Origin: Candidatus Eiseniibacteriota bacterium
GTDB taxonomy: Bacteria; Eisenbacteria; RBG-16-71-46
Assembly (NCBI GenBank): GCA_044223135.1
Contig: JBGAMH010000003.1
Span: 1 to 58,293, forward strand
Length of the DNA: 58,293 nucleotides
Direction: 5' to 3'
Both the position numbers and the translations under genes were made by a program. Positions within the stretch are counted from its first letter, which is position 1; every line of letters begins with the position of its first letter. Below the pieces are notes generated by a model that made no database searches, had not been told where the DNA came from, and saw only the letters and a list, made by a program, of their open reading frames with translations. This document shows positions 18,857-29,923 of this stretch, piece after piece.

Positions 18857-20638
18857 TCAGTTCTCGAACACCCAGCTCAGCTCGAAGATCAGCTGGCGCC
18901 CGGAGCCCAGCGCGGCCTGCCGGGTGCCGAGGTCCTCCCACACGTCGGGGCGGCGGACGTCGGCCAGGTTCACGCCGCGCAGCCGCAGCACCGCGTCGCC
19001 CACCGAGAGCGCCACGAGGCCGTTGAACGTGGGATATCCGTCCAGAGGCGTGCGCACGGGATTGCCGAACGTGTCGGTGGTGAGCGAGGTGCGTTCGCCC
19101 ACCCACGCCGCCTCGCCCTGCACGCGCACGCGCAGGTCGCCCTGGAACGCGGGGAACTCCGTCTCGAGGCGCGCCGCGGCACCCAGCTCGGGGTCGTATC
19201 GCGGCTCGAACTCCGGCTCGCGGCTCGCGGCGGCGTAGCCCTCGAGCTCGGCCGCGAACGCCTTCCAGCTCGCGGCGCCGGCCAGCGTGAACACCGAGAA
19301 GTCGCGCGTGCGCTCGTCGGCCACCAGCCCCACCTGCAGCGCGATGTCCTCGATCGGGTAGCGGCGTTCGTTCGCGGCGTGCGCGGTGGCGCCGGTCAGC
19401 GCGCGCACGCGCAGCGACGCCACGCCCGGCGCGCGCAGCGCGCCCTCGGCGCCCGCGAGCCACGTGCTCTGCAGGAACGGCGAGGTGTCCTCCGTGAGGT
19501 CGCTCCACACCGGCGTCAGCACGCGCTCGCCGAACAGCCGCAGCTCGCCGCGCTCGCCGGCGCGCCGCCACGCGAGCGCCGGCGCCAGTTGCAGCGCTTC
19601 GTCCCGGCCGCGGAACGCCGAGTGCCACCCGGCGCCGAGCGACGCGTCGAGCCCGCCGCCGGCGAGCGGGCGCTGCCAGCGCACGGCGGCCCACCAGCGC
19701 TCGGCGTGCGCGCGGAACGCGCCGAAGCTCGTCACGTCCCGGCGTCGGCGCACGTCCTCGCGATCGGCGGAGAAGCGCGCGGACAGCCGGCCGCCGGCCG
19801 CCGGCTGGCCCGCCTCCACGTCCAGCCCCGTGCGCTGCGCGTCGCGGCGCGAGTGCTCGAGGAACGTGCCGCGCTCGTCGTCCTGCGATTCGCGAAGATC
19901 CCACCCGCGCCGCACCGTCGCCGCCGACCAGCGTGCGTCGCGCGACCAGCGCCACGACACCTGCCCGTTCTCGCCGCGCGCGCACTCGCCCACGCCCACG
20001 CCCTGGTGGTTGCCGGCGCCCTGCTGGCGGAACAGCGCTTCGACGGTGTGGTCGCCACGCACCCAGCCGGCGTTCGCGTGCCACTGGTGCGCGCCCGTCG
20101 GGCCCAGCGGCCCGAGGCCTTCGTGCGAGTCCCCGGTGGCCGCGCCGCGGATCCAGCCGCGCGAGTCGCCGCGCGTGAACAGGTACGCGTTGCGGTCGAG
20201 GCTGGAGCTGCCGTTGCTCACCGTGGCGCGCAGCCGGGCGCGCCTCGGCGTCGGCCGCAGCAGGAAGCCCTCCGTGCGCGCGATCGCGCCGTCCCAGCCC
20301 TGCCACGCGCCGCCCTCGCCCACGGTGACCGCGACCGAGTCCCACCAGGCGCGCGGCGCGCCGGCCTCGCGCACGCCCGGCCCCGCCGTGGGCGCGCGGT
20401 CGAGCGGCGAGTCGAACACCCAGCCACCGCGCACGAGCCCCGCGAACTGCCACGCGCCGGGAACGCCGAGCGAACCGTCGGGCGTCCAGCCGATGCGGCC
20501 CGGCGAGGCCCACATCGCGCTCAGCGAGTTCACGTCGAGCGGATCGTCGGCCTGCGCCCGCGCGCGCGGCGCGCCCAGCAGCAGGCCCGTGCCCACCAGC
20601 GCGAGCACGACGAGTCGGCGCGGATCGAGAGGAGGAAT
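18857..20638 (-). CDS. Outer-membrane beta-barrel protein of unknown function
   Basis: Signal peptide ending ARA-Q, many amphipathic Trp/Arg-rich strands and C-terminal IFELSWVFEN; start is ATT 20638 or GTG 20608. Confidence 0.65.
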   Translation of the reverse strand: MPPLDPRRLVVLALVGTGLLLGAPRARAQADDPLDVNSLSAMWASPGRIGWTPDGSLGVPGAWQFAGLVRGGWVFDSPLDRAPTAGPGVREAGAPRAWWDSVAVTVGEGGAWQGWDGAIARTEGFLLRPTPRRARLRATVSNGSSSLDRNAYLFTRGDSRGWIRGAATGDSHEGLGPLGPTGAHQWHANAGWVRGDHTVEALFRQQGAGNHQGVGVGECARGENGQVSWRWSRDARWSAATVRRGWDLRESQDDERGTFLEHSRRDAQRTGLDVEAGQPAAGGRLSARFSADREDVRRRRDVTSFGAFRAHAERWWAAVRWQRPLAGGGLDASLGAGWHSAFRGRDEALQLAPALAWRRAGERGELRLFGERVLTPVWSDLTEDTSPFLQSTWLAGAEGALRAPGVASLRVRALTGATAHAANERRYPIEDIALQVGLVADERTRDFSVFTLAGAASWKAFAAELEGYAAASREPEFEPRYDPELGAAARLETEFPAFQGDLRVRVQGEAAWVGERTSLTTDTFGNPVRTPLDGYPTFNGLVALSVGDAVLRLRGVNLADVRRPDVWEDLGTRQAALGSGRQLIFELSWVFEN

Positions 20639-20677
20639 GGTGGCGGGCTCCGTCGGGTGTGTGTTCGGGGAGGCCGC

Positions 20678-20707
20678 AGACTATCGGCGCGTCCGGCGCA
20701 GCGTCAA
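20678..20707 (-). promoter_or_regulatory. sigma70-type promoter of the barrel-comEA unit
   Basis: TTGACG-N18-TAGTCT. Confidence 0.6.
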
Positions 20708-20795
20708 CGCCGGGCCGGTGCGGGACCGCTCCGCCCCGGGGGCGGCGTCACGCGGCGCGTTTCCCGCGGACGCAACACCGCGCGGTGCGCCGCGC

Positions 20796-21647
20796 TCAGG
20801 CGCGCGTGGCGGAGGCGGCCTCGCGGAGGCGGTCGAGCGCCTCCCACGGCACGCCCATCTCGCCCAGGCCGGCGCCGCGTGACGGGCCGTGGTAGTCGGA
20901 CCCGCCCGTTTCCACCAGCTTCAGCTGGCGCGCGATGCGCCGCCAGTGCTCGATCGACGCGCGGCCGTGCACGGGGTGCCAGATCTCGATGCCGGTGAGG
21001 CCCGCCTCGGCGAGCTTCTCCACCATCAGCTGCGGCAGCGACGAGCCGGGGTGCGCGAGCACCGCGACGCCGCCCGCCGCACGGATCAGCGAGATCGCTT
21101 CCTCCGGACGGAACGCCGGCCGTGGCACGAACGCGCTGCCGCGCGGCCCCAGGTAGCGCTTGAACGCCTCGTCGATCGTGTGCACGTGCCCCTCGCGCAG
21201 CAGCGCGTGCGCCACGTGCGGACGGCCGACCACGCCCGGGCCGGCGGACTCGAACACCTCCGCTTCGTCGACCTCGGCGCCCAGCTCGCGCAGCTTCTGG
21301 AGGATGGCGTGCGCGCGGCCGTGCCGTTCGGCGCGGAACTGCTCGAGCCGCTCCAGCAGGGCCGGCGAGCGATCGTCGAGGAAGTAGCCGAGCACGTGCA
21401 GGTCCCAGCCTTCGGCGGCGCTCGAGATCTCGATGCCGGGCACGATCTCGATCGCGCCCTCGGCGGCGGCGCGGGCCTCGGCCAGCGCTTCGACCGTGTC
21501 GTGGTCGGTGATCGCGAGCGCTTCGATGCCCAGCTTGCGGGCGGCGTCCACGAGCTCGGCGGGCGTCAGCGTGCCGTCGCTGTAGCGCGTGTGCGAGTGC
21601 AGTTCGAGCCGGCGGCCGCCCCGCGGGGCAGGCCGCCGGCTGGTCAC
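20796..21647 (-). CDS. PHP-family phosphoesterase (TrpH/YciV-like)
   Basis: LHSHTRYSDG, AITDHDT, PGIEIS, HVLGY, GRPHVA, LAHP and TGGSDYHG motifs; GTG 21647 overlaps the upstream stop. Confidence 0.9.
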   Translation of the reverse strand: MTSRRPAPRGGRRLELHSHTRYSDGTLTPAELVDAARKLGIEALAITDHDTVEALAEARAAAEGAIEIVPGIEISSAAEGWDLHVLGYFLDDRSPALLERLEQFRAERHGRAHAILQKLRELGAEVDEAEVFESAGPGVVGRPHVAHALLREGHVHTIDEAFKRYLGPRGSAFVPRPAFRPEEAISLIRAAGGVAVLAHPGSSLPQLMVEKLAEAGLTGIEIWHPVHGRASIEHWRRIARQLKLVETGGSDYHGPSRGAGLGEMGVPWEALDRLREAASATRA

Positions 21648-23767
21648 GCGGCCTCCCGACGGCGCAGTGCCTCGAGGCGCTGAGCCGTATCCGCGAAATC
21701 GGGGTGCACCGCCACGACCTTCTCGAAGTGCTCGATCGCCTCGTTCGACTGTCCGGAGGCTTCGAGCGCGCATCCGAGCTCGTGATGCAGGTCCACGGCC
21801 AGCTCGGCGGATTCGCCCAGTTGCGTGAGCGCGGCGCGGAACTCGAGGATGGCGTCCGCCAGTCGCTGCTGGTCGGCGAAGCAACGCCCGATCATCTCGT
21901 GCGCGCGCGCCGCCAGCGGCGCCGACTGCGCCGCCACCCGGAACGAGTCCACCGCCTGCTCGAGCAGGCCCATCTCGCGGTAGGTCATGCCCAGATCGTA
22001 ATGGCTCTGGGCGTCGCCCGACAGTTGGGCCTCGACCCCGCGCTGGAATTCGGCCAGGAGCGATCCGAGGTCGAACGTCACGGCCTCGCCGCGGCCCACC
22101 GCCACCTCGACGCGGCCACCCTCGGGAGCGTCGGCCGGAGCCGGTGCGCCCGGCGCCACCGCCGTGTCCACGCCACCCGCGCCGCCCGCGAGGCGCGCCA
22201 GGCGCCGCACCGCGGTTTCGTTGTCGCCGTCGAACGCGCGGGCCCGCTCGAACCACGAACGCGCCCCCACCTCGTCGCCGTCGTTCAGCGCCCGGTCCCC
22301 CAGCTCGCACGCCACCTGGGCGGCTTCCGAGCGGTCCTGGCGCTGCTCGCAGTTCGCCAGCCACTGCGCCAGCACGGCCGGCGGCGTCTGCGGGCTGCGG
22401 CCCAGGCTGCGGTAGATGGTCGCCGCGCTCTCCCAGCGTCCGAGCGCCTCGTACGCGGTCGCGGCCTGTGCCAGCAGGTCGCCCGCGTGCGAACGGTCGC
22501 CGATCCGGAACTGGTCCTGCGCGGACGCCAGCAGGTGCTCGACGTCGGCCAGCGTCGGAGCCGCCTCCACGGCGGGCTCCTCGACCGCGGGCTCCTCGGC
22601 CGCGAAGTGCATCGGCGGCGCGGGCGGCGTGCTCTCGGCCAGCTGCTCCAGCGTGCGCTCGGCGGCCTCGTAGGAGACCTCGGCGTCCTCCTCGGAGATC
22701 TCGTAGACGTCCGCCGGCCCGTCGTCGGTCGCGCCGACCTCGGCGAGCGCGGCCTCGACCGACGGCGCGTCGTCGATGTCGTACGTCGGCAGCGCTTCCA
22801 CGGACGACTCGGCCGCCTCGATCGCCTCGGCGAGCGACTCGTCGGGAATCTCGATCACCTCGGGCTCGACCTCGGCTTCCGCGACCGTCTCCGGCTCGAG
22901 CTCGGCCACCGGCTCCGGCGCGACCGCCTTCGGAGCGGTGTCGAACGAGCGGATGCCCGGCTCCAGGTCGTACGACGCCGGCGTCGGCGTGGCCGCCGCG
23001 GCCGCCGACGCGTCGAAGTCGACGCGGCCCGGTTCCAGCATGTCGTGCAGCGAGCGCGGCATCTCGATCGGGCGCGGCGACGCGGACGACGCCGGCTCCG
23101 ACGTGACGCGCGATGCCGGTACGGCCGGCGCCGGCATGGAGGTCGAAGCCGACCCCGCCGTCACCGTGGGCATCATGCCGCTGGCGCCCCGCAGGCGCTG
23201 CTCCACGCGCTGCGCCTCGAGCGTGAGGCCGCGGCCGCTGTACGCGACCGCCGCTTCCTTCAGCGTCTCGTGCGCCTTGTCGTTCTCGCCCGCCAGCAGC
23301 CAGGCCTCGGCGAGCTGTTCGAGCACCTTCACGTTCTCGGGCGCCGAATCGTACGCGCGTCGCAGCGCGTCGGCCGCTTCGAGCGGCTCGTTCGAGCGCA
23401 CCATGTACTCGGCGTACTGCACGTAGTACAGCGCGGCTTCGCTGGACAGGCCGTCGAGTGCGTGCAGCGAGGCGAGCTGCTTCGCCACCTGCGCGGCCGA
23501 CAGCGACAGGCGCAGCATCTTCTTGCAGACGGCGATGGCGTTCTTGTAGAGCGCGGCCTTCTCGTAGGCGGCGACGGCCGAGAGGTAGCGGTGCGAGGCT
23601 CCGCCGTGATCCCCCTTCTTGTAGAGGAGGTCGGCGAGCAGCACGAAGTTGTAGGGGTCGCTGTCCTCGGAGCCGACGAGCTTCTCGTACTCGTTCAGCG
23701 CTCCATCCAGATCTCCGTTCTGGATGCAGCGCTGGGCGCGACGCTTGATCTCGATCGCCTTTTCCAA
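21644..23767 (-). CDS. TPR protein with acidic linker (SgmX/FimV-like)
   Basis: N-terminal TPRs, a long Glu/Pro/Ala-rich linker and C-terminal TPRs with DAQSHYDLGMTYREMGLLEQAVDSF; TTG start with GGGGAG SD. Confidence 0.7.
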   Translation of the reverse strand: MEKAIEIKRRAQRCIQNGDLDGALNEYEKLVGSEDSDPYNFVLLADLLYKKGDHGGASHRYLSAVAAYEKAALYKNAIAVCKKMLRLSLSAAQVAKQLASLHALDGLSSEAALYYVQYAEYMVRSNEPLEAADALRRAYDSAPENVKVLEQLAEAWLLAGENDKAHETLKEAAVAYSGRGLTLEAQRVEQRLRGASGMMPTVTAGSASTSMPAPAVPASRVTSEPASSASPRPIEMPRSLHDMLEPGRVDFDASAAAAATPTPASYDLEPGIRSFDTAPKAVAPEPVAELEPETVAEAEVEPEVIEIPDESLAEAIEAAESSVEALPTYDIDDAPSVEAALAEVGATDDGPADVYEISEEDAEVSYEAAERTLEQLAESTPPAPPMHFAAEEPAVEEPAVEAAPTLADVEHLLASAQDQFRIGDRSHAGDLLAQAATAYEALGRWESAATIYRSLGRSPQTPPAVLAQWLANCEQRQDRSEAAQVACELGDRALNDGDEVGARSWFERARAFDGDNETAVRRLARLAGGAGGVDTAVAPGAPAPADAPEGGRVEVAVGRGEAVTFDLGSLLAEFQRGVEAQLSGDAQSHYDLGMTYREMGLLEQAVDSFRVAAQSAPLAARAHEMIGRCFADQQRLADAILEFRAALTQLGESAELAVDLHHELGCALEASGQSNEAIEHFEKVVAVHPDFADTAQRLEALRRREAA

Positions 23768-23819
23768 GTTGGCTTGTCTCCCCGGCCCGCCCCTCGCGCC
23801 GGCAGAAGGTCCGTCCCTA

Positions 23820-25352
23820 TCAAGCGTTCACGGCGACCTGCACGGTTTCGCGGCAACGTTCCGCCGCCATGTGGAGTTCGGCGCGAAGACGTTGCAGACC
23901 CGACAGGATGGCTCCCTTATCGGCGCTCTCCGGAATGGACTTCAGATTGATTTCAACGTTCCACAGCGCACCGTCGCCGGCCGCCCTGGCGAGCAGCCCG
24001 GCCACGCCGGCGTCCGTCACGGCGTTGGTGTTGCCCTTCTGGGCCGCCAGCAGCGCCAGGTGCAAGACTCGCAGGCACTTCTCGGCCGTCTCGAGCGGCA
24101 CCCGGGCCGCCACCAGGTCGGCCGCCGCCACCGCCGCCTCCCGGGCCTGCTGCTCGGCCGGGGTGGCCTGAGGGAGCTTGCGGGCCCGCAGCACCGCCTC
24201 GAACGCCTCGCTGTCGCTGCGCGCCAGCGCCAGCAGGTCCCGGCGCAGGCCCTCGGCCTCGCGCTTCAGCGCGGTCATGTCGCCCTCGGCCGCGGCGTAC
24301 TTCTTCTTGCCCAGGGTCAGGTTCGCCACCATGGTCGCCAGGCACGAGGCGAGCGCCCCCGTGAACGCCGCGACCGTGCCGCCCCCGGGCGTGGGCGTGG
24401 GGCCCGCCACGGACTCGAAGAAGCTGGCGATCGGCACCGCCTCGGTGAGCGGCGCACGGCGCAGGCGCAGCTCCAGCACCTGGTCGCGCTTGAAGCCCTC
24501 CAGCTGCATCGCGTGTTCGGCCGCGTCGAGCATGGCCGCCTCGGGCACCAGTCCCACCACCTCGCAGCCCGAGATCGCCGCGCCGTGCCGCGCCGCCTCG
24601 TCGCGCACCAGCGCGAGCACGCGGTGGATCGGCGTCTGCTCCACGTCCACCAGGTTCATGCTGACCTGGGCGCGGCGCCCGCCCTCGATGCTGAAGCCCA
24701 GCGCGCGCACGTTCTTCAGGCCGCCCGACTGCTCGCGGATCGCGGCCGCCACCGCCTTGGCCACGCGCACGTCGGCCGTGTTCAGGTTCGCGTTGAACGC
24801 GACCAGGAACTTGCGCGCGCCGATCGCCGTGGCGCCCGCGGTGGCGTGGATCGCGTTCGGGCCGAAGTCGGGCTTCCGGGCCGGGTCCTTGCCGATCGCG
24901 TCGCGCAGGCCCTCGAACTCGCCGCGCCGCACGTCGGCCAGGCTCTTGCGCGCCGGCGTGCTGGCCGCCGCCTCGTACAGGAACACCGGGATGCCCAGTT
25001 CCTCGCCCACGCGCCGGCCCACCTGCCGCGCCATCTCCGCGCAGTCGTCCAGCGTGACGTTCTCCACCGGCACGAACGGCACCACGTCGGTGGCGCCCAT
25101 GCGCGGGTGCTGGCCGGAGTGGTGGTTCAGGTCGATCAGCTCGGACGCGCGCTTGACCGCGCGCACCGCCGCCTCCATGACGGGCTCGGGCTCGCCCGCG
25201 AACGTCAGCACGCTGCGGTTGTGATCGGGGTCCATCTCCCAGTCGAGCATGGTGACGCCCGGCACGGTGCAGATGGCATTGACGATCTCGTCCACCACCT
25301 CGCGGCGGCGGCCTTCGGAGAAGTTGGGAACGCACTCGACCAGACGGGACAT
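23820..25352 (-). CDS. ftcD: Bifunctional glutamate formiminotransferase / formiminotetrahydrofolate cyclodeaminase
   Basis: LVECVPNFSEGR, DHNRSVLT and HPRMGATDVVPFVP, then PTPGGGTVAA cyclodeaminase domain; start ATG 25352. Confidence 0.93.
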   Translation of the reverse strand: MSRLVECVPNFSEGRRREVVDEIVNAICTVPGVTMLDWEMDPDHNRSVLTFAGEPEPVMEAAVRAVKRASELIDLNHHSGQHPRMGATDVVPFVPVENVTLDDCAEMARQVGRRVGEELGIPVFLYEAAASTPARKSLADVRRGEFEGLRDAIGKDPARKPDFGPNAIHATAGATAIGARKFLVAFNANLNTADVRVAKAVAAAIREQSGGLKNVRALGFSIEGGRRAQVSMNLVDVEQTPIHRVLALVRDEAARHGAAISGCEVVGLVPEAAMLDAAEHAMQLEGFKRDQVLELRLRRAPLTEAVPIASFFESVAGPTPTPGGGTVAAFTGALASCLATMVANLTLGKKKYAAAEGDMTALKREAEGLRRDLLALARSDSEAFEAVLRARKLPQATPAEQQAREAAVAAADLVAARVPLETAEKCLRVLHLALLAAQKGNTNAVTDAGVAGLLARAAGDGALWNVEINLKSIPESADKGAILSGLQRLRAELHMAAERCRETVQVAVNA

Positions 25353-25437
25353 GGAATCCTCTCGGGCGAAACGCCGGCGCGGAGCCGGCGACGGTTCATC
25401 ACTTCGGGGCCGCGCGTCGCGCGCGGCGGTCAAGCCG

Positions 25438-26733
25438 TCACGGCCACACCCTTCGCTCCACCGCGGGCAGCGCCAGGTCGGCGCCGCGCATGAACACGGT
25501 GTCGGGACGCACGGCGGGCATCCAGTACGGCAGCTCCTCCAGCGTCTCGCACTCCCAGAGCACCGCGTCACCCCACGCGCCGGGGTTCAGGTGCCCCACT
25601 TCGCTCTCGGCGGCCAGCGCGCGCGCGGCGTTCCACGTCATCGCCAGCAGCAGCTCCTCGGCGGTGAAGCCGCACAGCCGCGCCGCGAGCGCCGCGCACT
25701 CCAGCAACGATTGCGCGGGCGACGTGCCGGGGTTGAAGTCGGTGGCGATCGCCAGCCGCGCGCCGCTCGCGCGGATCATGCCGGCGTCGGGCAGCTTCTG
25801 GCGCAGCGTCAGCGCCGCGCCCGGCAGCAGCACGCCCACCACGTCGGCGGCCGCGAGCGCGCGCCAGTCCTCCTCGATCGCGCTCTCCAGGTGGTCGGCC
25901 GACCGCGCCCCCACCTCGGCGGCCAGCTTCGCGCCACCGCTGCGCTCGAGCTGCTCCGCGTGCAGCTTCACCGGCAGGCCCAGCTCCACGGCGCGCTTCA
26001 GCACGCCGCGGCACTCTTCCACCGAGAACGCGACCGGGTCGCAGAACACGTCGATCGCCCCGGCCATGCCGCGGCGGTGGATCTCGGTGAGCAGCGTCGT
26101 CCGCACCTCCTCCACGTACTGCTCGCGCTTGCCCTCGTACTCCTCGGGCAGCGCGTGCAGGAGCAGCGCGGTGCGGTGCACGCGCACGGGCACGCGGATC
26201 GCGGCGCCGCCCATCAGCTCCAGCAGCCGCAGCTCGCGCCTCGGCACGAGCCCGTAGCCGCTCTTCACCTCCACGGTGGTGCAGCCGTTCGCGCGCCAGC
26301 GTTCGAGCCGGATCGCGAGGCCCTTCTCGAGCAGCTCGTCCTTCATGCCGTTCGTGGCGCGCACGGTGGAGCGGATGCCGCCGCCCTCCGCGGCGATCTG
26401 CGCGTACGGCACGCCGGCGATCTTCTTCTGGAACTCCTGCGCGCGGTGGCCGCCGAAGATCATGTGCGTGTGGCAGTCCACCAGGCCCGGCGTCACGAGC
26501 TTGCCGTGCGCGTTCAGCGGCCGCGCGTCGGGATGGCTGCGCGTCAGGTCGGCCGCCGGGCCCACCTCGAGCACGCGGCCGTCGCGGAACACGACCGCCC
26601 CGCGCGGGTAACGCACCACGGTGCGACCGTCGGCGGACGGGGTCACCACTTCCGAGGTGTTGTGCAGGATCAGGTACGCGGTGCGCCCGGCGACGGGCTT
26701 GCTCGAGGGATCGGACGCCGACCAGCTGCTCAT
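25438..26733 (-). CDS. hutI: Imidazolonepropionase
   Basis: [41 protein letters not shown] and ATDFNPG motifs. Confidence 0.95.
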   Translation of the reverse strand: MSSWSASDPSSKPVAGRTAYLILHNTSEVVTPSADGRTVVRYPRGAVVFRDGRVLEVGPAADLTRSHPDARPLNAHGKLVTPGLVDCHTHMIFGGHRAQEFQKKIAGVPYAQIAAEGGGIRSTVRATNGMKDELLEKGLAIRLERWRANGCTTVEVKSGYGLVPRRELRLLELMGGAAIRVPVRVHRTALLLHALPEEYEGKREQYVEEVRTTLLTEIHRRGMAGAIDVFCDPVAFSVEECRGVLKRAVELGLPVKLHAEQLERSGGAKLAAEVGARSADHLESAIEEDWRALAAADVVGVLLPGAALTLRQKLPDAGMIRASGARLAIATDFNPGTSPAQSLLECAALAARLCGFTAEELLLAMTWNAARALAAESEVGHLNPGAWGDAVLWECETLEELPYWMPAVRPDTVFMRGADLALPAVERRVWP

Positions 26734-28409
26734 GGCCCGCTCGTGATCCCCGGCAGCTTCATGCCGGTCTGCTTCGCGTGCGCGATGGCCTCGGGGTAGC
26801 CGGCGTCGGCGTGGCGCATCACGCCGGTGCCCGGATCGTTCGTGAGCACGCGCGCGAGCCGGGCGTCGGCCTCGGCGCTGCCGTCGCACACGATCACCTG
26901 CCCGGAATGGATCGAGTTGCCGATGCCCACGCCGCCGCCGTGGTGCAGGCTCACCCACGACGCGCCGGACGCCACGTTCAGCATCGCGTTCAGCAGCGGC
27001 CAGTCGGCGATCGCGTCACTGCCGTCGCGCATGGACTCGGTCTCGCGGAACGGCGACGCCACCGAGCCGGTGTCGAGGTGGTCACGGCCGATCACGATGG
27101 GCGCGCTCACCTTGCCCTCGCGCACGAGCCGGTTGAAGCGCAGCCCCAGCCGGTGCCGCTCGCCGTAGCCGATCCAGCAGATGCGCGCCGGCAGCCCCTG
27201 GAAGTGCACGTGCTTCTGCGCGAGCGGGATCCAGCGGTGCAGCCGCGCGTCGTCGGGGAACTCCTCGAGCGCCGCGGCGTCGGTCACCGCGATGTCGTTC
27301 GGGTCGCCCGAGAGCGCCGCCCAGCGGAACGGGCCCTTGCCCACGCAGAACAGCGGCCGGATGTACTCGGGCACGAAGCCCGGGTAGCCGAACGCCTGCT
27401 CGTGCGGCAGCCCGCCCTTCTCGGCCTCGCCGCGCAGGTTGTTGCCGTAGTCGAACAGCACCGTGCCGCGCGCCTTCATGCCGAGCAGCGCGCGCACGTG
27501 CGTGGCCATCGACTCGCGCGCGCGGCGCACCACCTCGTCGGGATCCGTCTTCCGCAGCGCCGCCGCCTGCTCCAGCGACAGTCCCGCGGGCATGTAGCCC
27601 ACGAGCGGGTCGTGTGCCGACGTCTGGTCGGTGGCCGCGTCGGGGACGACGCCGCGCTTCAGCAGCTCCGGCATCGCCTCGGCGGCGTTCGCCACCAGCC
27701 CCACGCTCAGCGGCCGCTTCGCCGCCACGGCCTCGCGGCACCACGCGAGTGCCTCGTCCATCGAGTGCGTGACGCGGTCGCAGTAGCCGGTCTCGACGCG
27801 GCGCTGTGCGCGCGAGGCGTCCACCTCGACCGCCAGGCACACGCCGCCGTTCATCGTGACGGCCAGCGGCTGCGCGCCGCCCATGCCGCCGAGCCCCGCC
27901 GTGAGCACGAGCCGGCCCGCGAGCGTGCCGCCGAAGTGGCGGTCGGCGCACTCGGCGAACGTCTCGAACGTGCCCTGCACGATGCCCTGCGAGCCGATGT
28001 AGATCCACGAACCCGCGGTCATCTGGCCGTACATGATCAGGCCCTTCGCCTCGAGTTCGCGGAAGTGCTCCCACGTGGCCCAGCGCCCGACCAGGTTCGA
28101 GTTCGCGATCAGCACGCGCGGCGCGTCGGCGTGCGTGCGGAACACGCCCACGGGCTTGCCCGACTGCACGAGCAGCGTCTCGTCGTCGCCGAGTTCGCGC
28201 AGCGCGGCCACGATGCGGTCGAACGCCTCCCAGCTGCGCGCCGCCCGCCCCGTGCCGCCGTACACGACGAGATCGTCGGGGCGTTCGGCCACGTCGGGAT
28301 CGAGGTTGTTCATCAGCATGCGCAGCGCGGCTTCCTGCACCCAGCCCTTGCACGAGAGCTGCGTGCCGCGCGGCGCGCGCACCACGCGGGCGGTGGCCAC
28401 CGGGGTCAT
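26730..28409 (-). CDS. hutU: Urocanate hydratase
   Basis: [47 protein letters not shown] and IGRDHLD motifs. Confidence 0.97.
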   Translation of the reverse strand: MTPVATARVVRAPRGTQLSCKGWVQEAALRMLMNNLDPDVAERPDDLVVYGGTGRAARSWEAFDRIVAALRELGDDETLLVQSGKPVGVFRTHADAPRVLIANSNLVGRWATWEHFRELEAKGLIMYGQMTAGSWIYIGSQGIVQGTFETFAECADRHFGGTLAGRLVLTAGLGGMGGAQPLAVTMNGGVCLAVEVDASRAQRRVETGYCDRVTHSMDEALAWCREAVAAKRPLSVGLVANAAEAMPELLKRGVVPDAATDQTSAHDPLVGYMPAGLSLEQAAALRKTDPDEVVRRARESMATHVRALLGMKARGTVLFDYGNNLRGEAEKGGLPHEQAFGYPGFVPEYIRPLFCVGKGPFRWAALSGDPNDIAVTDAAALEEFPDDARLHRWIPLAQKHVHFQGLPARICWIGYGERHRLGLRFNRLVREGKVSAPIVIGRDHLDTGSVASPFRETESMRDGSDAIADWPLLNAMLNVASGASWVSLHHGGGVGIGNSIHSGQVIVCDGSAEADARLARVLTNDPGTGVMRHADAGYPEAIAHAKQTGMKLPGITSGP

Positions 28410-29923
28410 GATTCGAGCACCTCCTCGACCAGCTTGAGCGGCGCGGTGGACAGCACCCAGCGCGCCACGTCCTCGGTGGGCCCGGACAGCGGGCGGTCCC
28501 CCTCGGGCGCGGGCGCCACGCGGCGCACGGCGCCGTACAGGCGCTCGCAGCCGTCGCCGGCGGTGAGCGGGCGGCGGAACTCCAGCGCGCGGCACGCGCA
28601 CAGCAGTTCGAGCGCCACCACGCGCGCGGCGTTGTCCACGATCTGGCGCGCGTGGCGCGCACCGATGGGGGCCATGCTCACGTGGTCCTCGATGCCGGCG
28701 CCGGTCGGGATCGAATCCACGCTCGCCGGGTGCGCGAGCGTCTTGTTCTCCGACACGAGCGAGGCGGCCGTGTACTGCGCGAGCATGTAACCCGATTCGA
28801 GCCCCGGGTTCGCGGCGAGCACCGCCGGCAGGCCCGACTTGGCGCGGTCGACGAGCCGGTCCACGCGGCGTTCGCTGAGCGACGCCACCTCGGCGACGGC
28901 GATCTTCAGGTAGTCGGCGACCAGTGCCACGGGCTGCGCGTGGAACAGCCCCGCCGACACGATGTCGCCGCCCTCGGGGAACACGAGCGGGTTGTCGTTC
29001 ACGGAGTTGAACTCGATCTCCAGCTGCTGTTCGACGTGCACGATGGCGTCCCACGAGGCGCCCATCACCGGCGCCACGCAGCGCAGGCTGTAGGCGTCCT
29101 GCACGCGCTTCGCGTCGCGCGCCGGGTCCACGAGTCGGCTGTCCTGCGCGTACGCGCGCAGGCGACGCGCGGCCTCGATCGCACCCGGGTACGGCCGCAG
29201 CGCCTGCACGCGCTCCGACGCCGGCGCGAACGAGCCCAGCAGCACCTCGGTGCTCAGCGCGGCCGCGGCGAGCGCCGCCTCCCACACGCGCTGCGCATCG
29301 GCGCACGCGAGCGCGGCGAGCGCCGTCGACAGCTGCGTGCCGTTCAGCAGCGCCAGGCCCTCCTTGGGCTCCAGCGTCATCGGCGACAGCCCGGCGCCGC
29401 GCAGCGCGAGGCCCGCGGGCATGCGCTGCTCGCCGAGCCACGCGTCCCCCTCGCCGATCACGACGAGCGCCAGGTGCGCGAGCGGCGCGAGGTCGCCCGA
29501 CGCGCCGACCGAGCCCTGCAGCGGCACCACCGGCGTCACCTCGCGCGCGAGCATCTCGAGCAGGAACTCCACCAGCTCGGGACGGCAGCCGGAGTGCCCG
29601 CGCGCGAGCGAGGCCGCGCGCAGCAGCAGCATGGCGCGCACCACGTCGCGCGGCGCCGCGGGGCCCACACCCGCCGCGTGCGAGCGCACCAGGTTCACCT
29701 GCAGCTGGCGGGCGTCCTCGGCGGGGATGCGCGTGTCCTTGAGCTCGCCGAAGCCGGTCGTGACGCCGTACACCGCGCGGTCGCCGCGCAGCGCGTCGTC
29801 CACCACGCGCCGGGCGGCCGCCATGCGCGTGCGCGCTTCGGGATCCAGCGTCACGGCGGCGCGTTCGCGCGCCACCGCCACCACGTCGTCGAGTGCGAGT
29901 CGGTCCTGGCCCAGCCGGATCAC
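28406..29923 (-). CDS. hutH: Histidine ammonia-lyase
   Basis: [14 protein letters not shown] (His specificity), MIO-forming [17 protein letters not shown] and EDHVSM motifs. Confidence 0.95.
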   Translation of the reverse strand: MIRLGQDRLALDDVVAVARERAAVTLDPEARTRMAAARRVVDDALRGDRAVYGVTTGFGELKDTRIPAEDARQLQVNLVRSHAAGVGPAAPRDVVRAMLLLRAASLARGHSGCRPELVEFLLEMLAREVTPVVPLQGSVGASGDLAPLAHLALVVIGEGDAWLGEQRMPAGLALRGAGLSPMTLEPKEGLALLNGTQLSTALAALACADAQRVWEAALAAAALSTEVLLGSFAPASERVQALRPYPGAIEAARRLRAYAQDSRLVDPARDAKRVQDAYSLRCVAPVMGASWDAIVHVEQQLEIEFNSVNDNPLVFPEGGDIVSAGLFHAQPVALVADYLKIAVAEVASLSERRVDRLVDRAKSGLPAVLAANPGLESGYMLAQYTAASLVSENKTLAHPASVDSIPTGAGIEDHVSMAPIGARHARQIVDNAARVVALELLCACRALEFRRPLTAGDGCERLYGAVRRVAPAPEGDRPLSGPTEDVARWVLSTAPLKLVEEVLES

